Origin: Pseudomonadota bacterium
Lineage (GTDB): Bacteria; Myxococcota_A; Polyangia; Polyangiales; Sandaracinaceae
Assembly (NCBI GenBank): GCA_023427125.1
Contig: JAEZBP010000961.1
Coordinates: 1 to 27,309 of the forward strand
Length of the DNA stretch: 27,309 nucleotides
Reading direction: 5' to 3'
In this document: one piece after another, positions 23,590-27,309 of the stretch
Layout: each line of letters begins with the position of its first letter
Numbering within the stretch: position 1 is the stretch's first letter
Made by a program: the position numbers and the translations under genes
The notes under the pieces: generated by a model
Database searches by the model: none
What the model was told of the DNA's origin: nothing
Seen by the model: the letters and a program-made list of their open reading frames with translations, nothing else

Positions 23590-24929
23590 CGCGTCGCCTC
23601 CCGCCGGCGGCCATTCCCGTTCTTGTCGCGCGGCCCTCCGCGCGCCGGCACCTTCTTCCGCTTCATCGACGCTCCGCCGCGCTTGGATCGGCTGCTCGTG
23701 AACGGCGACTCCTCCGCCGCCGTGCTCGGCAGATCGCGCGGCTTCGCCGTGACGCGCGCCGTCACCGGCGGCATCGCCGTGAGCTCGCCGCCCGGCCGCC
23801 ACTGGTAGCCGGCCGCGACGATCTCCGAGGGCGATCCCTCGCGGTTGAGCTGCTTGCGAAGCGCGATCGAGTCGCGCGACTCCTCGTCGGTCGGCACGAT
23901 GGCGATGCCGTTGGCGCGCAGCCCGAGGCCGCGCTCGAGCGCCTCGCGCACGTACTCGCGCTGGCTCTCGAAGGCGATCGGCGCGGGCAGCGTCGCGGGG
24001 ATCAGCGCCTCGGGATCGCGCCGCTCGTACTTGCGCATCACGTCCATCACCCCGTGGAGGTGGCCGAGCTCCCACGAGAGGAAGCGCTCCCAGATCGCGC
24101 GGATCCGCGGGTTCGGCTCGCTCTGGTAGCAGCTCCAGTAGTTGTAGACCTCGGTCATCTCGTGGAGGAGCCACTTCTCGATCCAGGTCTCGCTCGGATC
24201 GGAGATCGACTCGTACTGGGTGACGTGCTGCTCCTCGATCGACGCGATCTCCGCGTAGAGCTGGCGGGCAATCGGATCCGAGAACATCGGACCAATCGTC
24301 ATGTAGTAGTCGTGCGTCTGGTGCTCGGCCGCCATGATTGTCGTCGCGTGGATCTTCGTGATCGGTGCGGCCTCGCGGCGATCATACGGGCGACGGAGAT
24401 CATCGACCGGCGCGCGGTGCTCGACCACCGTGGGGCGGCCCGGGACGATGTCCGTATAGGACTGGAGGATCACGTTGGGATCGCGGCCATAGAGGCGATC
24501 GTAGAGCGCCGAGTACCGATAGAGATGATCGAAGTCCTCGAGGAGCCCGAAGTCGTAGACCTCCTTGAGGTAGGGATCGGGCTCGCGCTGCGCGACCGCG
24601 GCCGTCACCTCGATGGCCACCTGCTCGAAGCCGAGCGTCGTCTCGAGCGGATCTTGATCGGGAGGATTGAGCCAGTTCACCAGCGTCTGCTGGTGTTGCT
24701 CGACCCGCCTCACCATCGCGAGGGCCTTCTGGATCGGCGGGTGATTCATACGGGCGGCGGCGTGACTGAATCGCAGCGCCTCCGACTCGATGCCGTTCAT
24801 CAAGATCACGCGCACCCGCGTGAACGCATCATCATCGAGCTTCGAATAGGGAACTCGCACCAGATCGCGCCAATCGCGCTCCTGACGTTCGAGCGGCGTG
24901 CCTCGCTCCTTGAGGACGTCCAGCGACAT
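23586..24929 (-). CDS. Conserved protein with tandem ferritin-like domains and a basic C-terminal tail
   Basis: AAGGAG RBS before the ATG at 24929; carboxylate/His motifs NGIESE, VEQHQQ, FEQVA, EDFDH, AEHQTH, IEEQH, HEMTE, WELGH. Confidence 0.8.
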   Translation of the reverse strand: MSLDVLKERGTPLERQERDWRDLVRVPYSKLDDDAFTRVRVILMNGIESEALRFSHAAARMNHPPIQKALAMVRRVEQHQQTLVNWLNPPDQDPLETTLGFEQVAIEVTAAVAQREPDPYLKEVYDFGLLEDFDHLYRYSALYDRLYGRDPNVILQSYTDIVPGRPTVVEHRAPVDDLRRPYDRREAAPITKIHATTIMAAEHQTHDYYMTIGPMFSDPIARQLYAEIASIEEQHVTQYESISDPSETWIEKWLLHEMTEVYNYWSCYQSEPNPRIRAIWERFLSWELGHLHGVMDVMRKYERRDPEALIPATLPAPIAFESQREYVREALERGLGLRANGIAIVPTDEESRDSIALRKQLNREGSPSEIVAAGYQWRPGGELTAMPPVTARVTAKPRDLPSTAAEESPFTSSRSKRGGASMKRKKVPARGGPRDKNGNGRRREATR

Positions 24930-25089
24930 CGAGACTCCTTTCACGGAGCCCCCTGCTCCGCCTGGCGGCACATAGGTGCGAGGGCGCTTCCACAAGGTGG
25001 GCGGCGCCACTTCGCGCGCACGCGATCGCTCGACCGGAGCTCACGCGGGCTGCGCGTCCCGCGGGACGGCAGACACCCCGAGGAGGTCT

Positions 25090-25773
25090 TCAGCGCGCGG
25101 CGCGGAGCGCGCGCTCGAGCGGACACTCGCCGGGCGCGGGCGGGAGACCGCGGCGGTACGCGTCGAGCACGAGCCGCGAGCGCTCGGCGAGCATCCGGCG
25201 AACCCGCCGGCGCTCGCCCTTGATGCGCGGGATCGACATGTCGTCGTACGCCGTGGTCCGGTGGCGCATCCACGCGATGACGGCGGCCTCCGCGCGCTCC
25301 TCGATCGGGATACGGGCGGTGCGCGCGACGGTGCCGCTGCCGACGGGCGTCGCGTGCGCGGTGATCGCGTCGGCGAGCCGCCCCGCGAGCTCGGCGTGGC
25401 GCGCGTGGAAGGCGAGGAACGAGAGCACTGCGCCGCGGAAGTCCTCGACGTACGCGTGCTGCTGCTTCTCGCGGCGCGCGCGGCCGGCCTCGAGCTTCTT
25501 GGCGTACGCCGGATCGGCGCGCTCTTGGGCCAGCGCCGCCCTCGCCCGCTCCACGTTCTCGCTCGGCGCCCACACGCCGCGCGAGAACGTGCGGCGGCCG
25601 ACCTTCTCCTGAACGGTCCACGTCGGCCCCGCCGCCTTCACCCGACGCGTGAGCCCCGCGTCACCCGGCGGCACGAGGACCCACCCGTCCGGCACCCGGA
25701 GGACGCTCCCGTCCGCGGCGAGCACGGTGCGCTCCTCGGGCCGAGGCCGTACGATGCGGGTCTCGGCGCGCAT
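25090..25773 (-). CDS. DUF2293 domain protein
   Basis: PDGWVLVPPGDAGLTRRVK, GRRTFSRGVWAP, HATPVGSGTVART, AVIAWMRHRTTAYD. Start uncertain (ATG 25773 preferred). Confidence 0.85.
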   Translation of the reverse strand: MRAETRIVRPRPEERTVLAADGSVLRVPDGWVLVPPGDAGLTRRVKAAGPTWTVQEKVGRRTFSRGVWAPSENVERARAALAQERADPAYAKKLEAGRARREKQQHAYVEDFRGAVLSFLAFHARHAELAGRLADAITAHATPVGSGTVARTARIPIEERAEAAVIAWMRHRTTAYDDMSIPRIKGERRRVRRMLAERSRLVLDAYRRGLPPAPGECPLERALRAAR

Positions 25774-25888
25774 CACGAGTCCGTCGCGCTCGCAGCGAAG
25801 GTGGTGTCCCTGTTCACGGGAGGCGAGGGGTAGCGCGCGCGCGCGGCGGCACGCAAGCGGAGATCCGGGGTGCGAGGTACGTTCGAGC

Positions 25889-27025
25889 ATGGTGCGCTAC
25901 GACGCGATCGTGCTCGGGCTCGGGGTGATGGGGGCGGCCTCGCTCGCCGAGCTCGCGGCGCGCGGGCTCCGCGTGCTCGGGATCGAGCGCTTCGACGTGC
26001 CGAACGCGCGCGGCAGCTCGCACGGCGCGACGCGGGTGATCCGCAAGGCGTACTTCGAGGACCCGGCGTACGTGCCGATGCTCGAGCGCGCGTGGGCGCG
26101 CTGGGAGGGGCTCTCCGAGCGGATCGGCGAGCCGCTGCTCCATCGCACCGGCGCGCTCCACTTCGGGCCCTGCGACCACGTGTGCATCGAGGGCGTCCGC
26201 AAGAGCGCGCGCGAGCACTCGCTCGCGATCGAGGAGCTCGACGCCAGCGAGATCGCGCGGCGCTTTCCGGCGCTGCGAGCGGGCGCGGGGGACGTCGGGA
26301 TCGTGGAGCGCGACGGAGGCTTCCTGCTCGCGGAGCGCTGCGTGAGCGCGCTGCTCGAGACGGCGCTGGCCGACGGCGCGATGGCGCACGCGCGCGAACG
26401 AGCCGTCGCGGTCGAGGTCGGCGACGGCGGAGTGCGCGTCGTCACCGAGCGCGGCACTTACGAGGCCGAGCGGCTGGTGCTGGCGTGCGGCGCGTGGTCC
26501 GAGGGCGACGCCTCACCGCTCTCGATCCCGCTCCCGCTGAAGGTCGAGCGGCAGGTGCAGCTCTTCTTCGCGCCGCGCGATGCGGCGCTCGTCTCGCCCT
26601 CGCGCATGCCGGTCTTCGTGCGCTTCGGCGATGAGTGCTTCTACGGCGTCCCGCACGCGGTCGTGCCGGGTGTGAAGGTGTGCCGGCACCACGGCGGCAG
26701 CGCGACGCGCGCCGAGTCGCTCGATCGCGCGCTGCACCCCGAGGACGAGGCGAGCGTGCGCGCGTTCGTCCGCGCGCACGTGCCGGTGGCCGACGGCCCG
26801 CTGCTCGCCGCGCGCGTCTGCATGTACACCAACACGCCCGACGATCACTTCGCGATCGGGCCGCACCCCGAGCATGCGGATCGCGTGACCATCGCCTGCG
26901 GCTTCTCGGGCCACGGCTTCAAGCTCGCGCCGGTCGTCGGCGAGATCGTCGCCGACAGCGTTACCGGCGCGGCCGCCCCGCCCGTGCTCTTCCGCCCCGA
27001 CCGCTTCCGTTCAACGCAATCGTAG
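25889..27025 (+). CDS. solA: N-methyl-L-tryptophan oxidase / monomeric sarcosine oxidase family flavoprotein
   Basis: YDAIVLGLGVMG, GSSHGATRVIRKAYFE, VCMYTNTPDDHF (Cys for covalent FAD attachment), GFSGHGFKLAPVVG; GAGG upstream of the ATG at 25889. Confidence 0.9.
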   Translation: MVRYDAIVLGLGVMGAASLAELAARGLRVLGIERFDVPNARGSSHGATRVIRKAYFEDPAYVPMLERAWARWEGLSERIGEPLLHRTGALHFGPCDHVCIEGVRKSAREHSLAIEELDASEIARRFPALRAGAGDVGIVERDGGFLLAERCVSALLETALADGAMAHARERAVAVEVGDGGVRVVTERGTYEAERLVLACGAWSEGDASPLSIPLPLKVERQVQLFFAPRDAALVSPSRMPVFVRFGDECFYGVPHAVVPGVKVCRHHGGSATRAESLDRALHPEDEASVRAFVRAHVPVADGPLLAARVCMYTNTPDDHFAIGPHPEHADRVTIACGFSGHGFKLAPVVGEIVADSVTGAAAPPVLFRPDRFRSTQS

Positions 27026-27044
27026 CGCACGAAGCCTTTGGACC

Positions 27045-27134
27045 TCAGCCCCAGAGCTCGTCATCCCGCAGGCGCTCGAGGGTCTCGGGATCGAAGAACG
27101 CGCACGCGTTGTGGATGGCGAAGAACCTCCTCAC
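27045..27134 (-). other. Small ORF or 3' gene remnant (29 aa)
   Basis: GTG AGG AGG TTC TTC GCC ATC CAC AAC GCG TGC ... TGG GGC TGA = VRRFFAIHNACAFFDPETLERLRDDELWG; nearly every codon ends in G/C. Confidence 0.35.
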
Positions 27135-27207
27135 CGGTGCGGTGCCGATCGATCATCGGAGCGGCGATGTGCGGGAACCGCAGGCGCGCACCGAGTGGGC
27201 CCCCCGG

Positions 27208-27309
27208 CTATCCCACGAGGTTGCTGCGCTCGAGGATCCACATCGCCGCGACGGCGCCGATGGCATAGCTGGCGACCGGCCGCGCCGCGGCGGGGCGCGG
27301 CCCGGGGGG
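27208..27309 (-). CDS. 3' end of a HupE/UreJ-family membrane protein (partial, runs off the window)
   Basis: Minus-strand translation PPGPRPAAARPVASYAIGAVAAMWILERSNLVG*; YAIGxxAxxWxxER is typical of this family's C-terminus. Confidence 0.65.
   Translation of the reverse strand, partial: PPGPRPAAARPVASYAIGAVAAMWILERSNLVG

Overview
High-GC bacterial window. The Cys-rich lipoproteins (one with a Myxococcus-type Cys-rich repeat), the CFI-box-CTERM protein and the giant poly-HAMP kinase point to a myxobacterium (inference). Left end (1-3550): a non-coding, structured repeat region followed by a minus-strand, lower-GC accessory module. The module holds a Cys-rich lipoprotein, an apparently truncated effector-like ORF joined to an N-terminally truncated and frameshifted Rhs gene with a Ntox24-like C-terminal toxin, and an intact Imm53 immunity gene. 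The rest looks like core genome: an SDR oxidoreductase; a secreted CFI-box-CTERM protein; a Cys-rich lipoprotein; a TerB-like / saccharopine-dehydrogenase-like / di-haem cytochrome c peroxidase run (-); an OsaB-like hybrid kinase plus a 2071-aa cytoplasmic poly-HAMP hybrid kinase; a Cys-rich lipoprotein; an MMPL exporter plus DUF3261 lipoprotein (aryl-polyene-type export pair with no biosynthetic genes nearby); a coupled pair of ferritin-like genes; DUF2293; a SolA-like flavin oxidase; and the 3' end of a HupE/UreJ-like gene. No rRNA, tRNA, CRISPR, integrase or transposase was seen. All family calls come from recognising motifs by eye; no searches were run.
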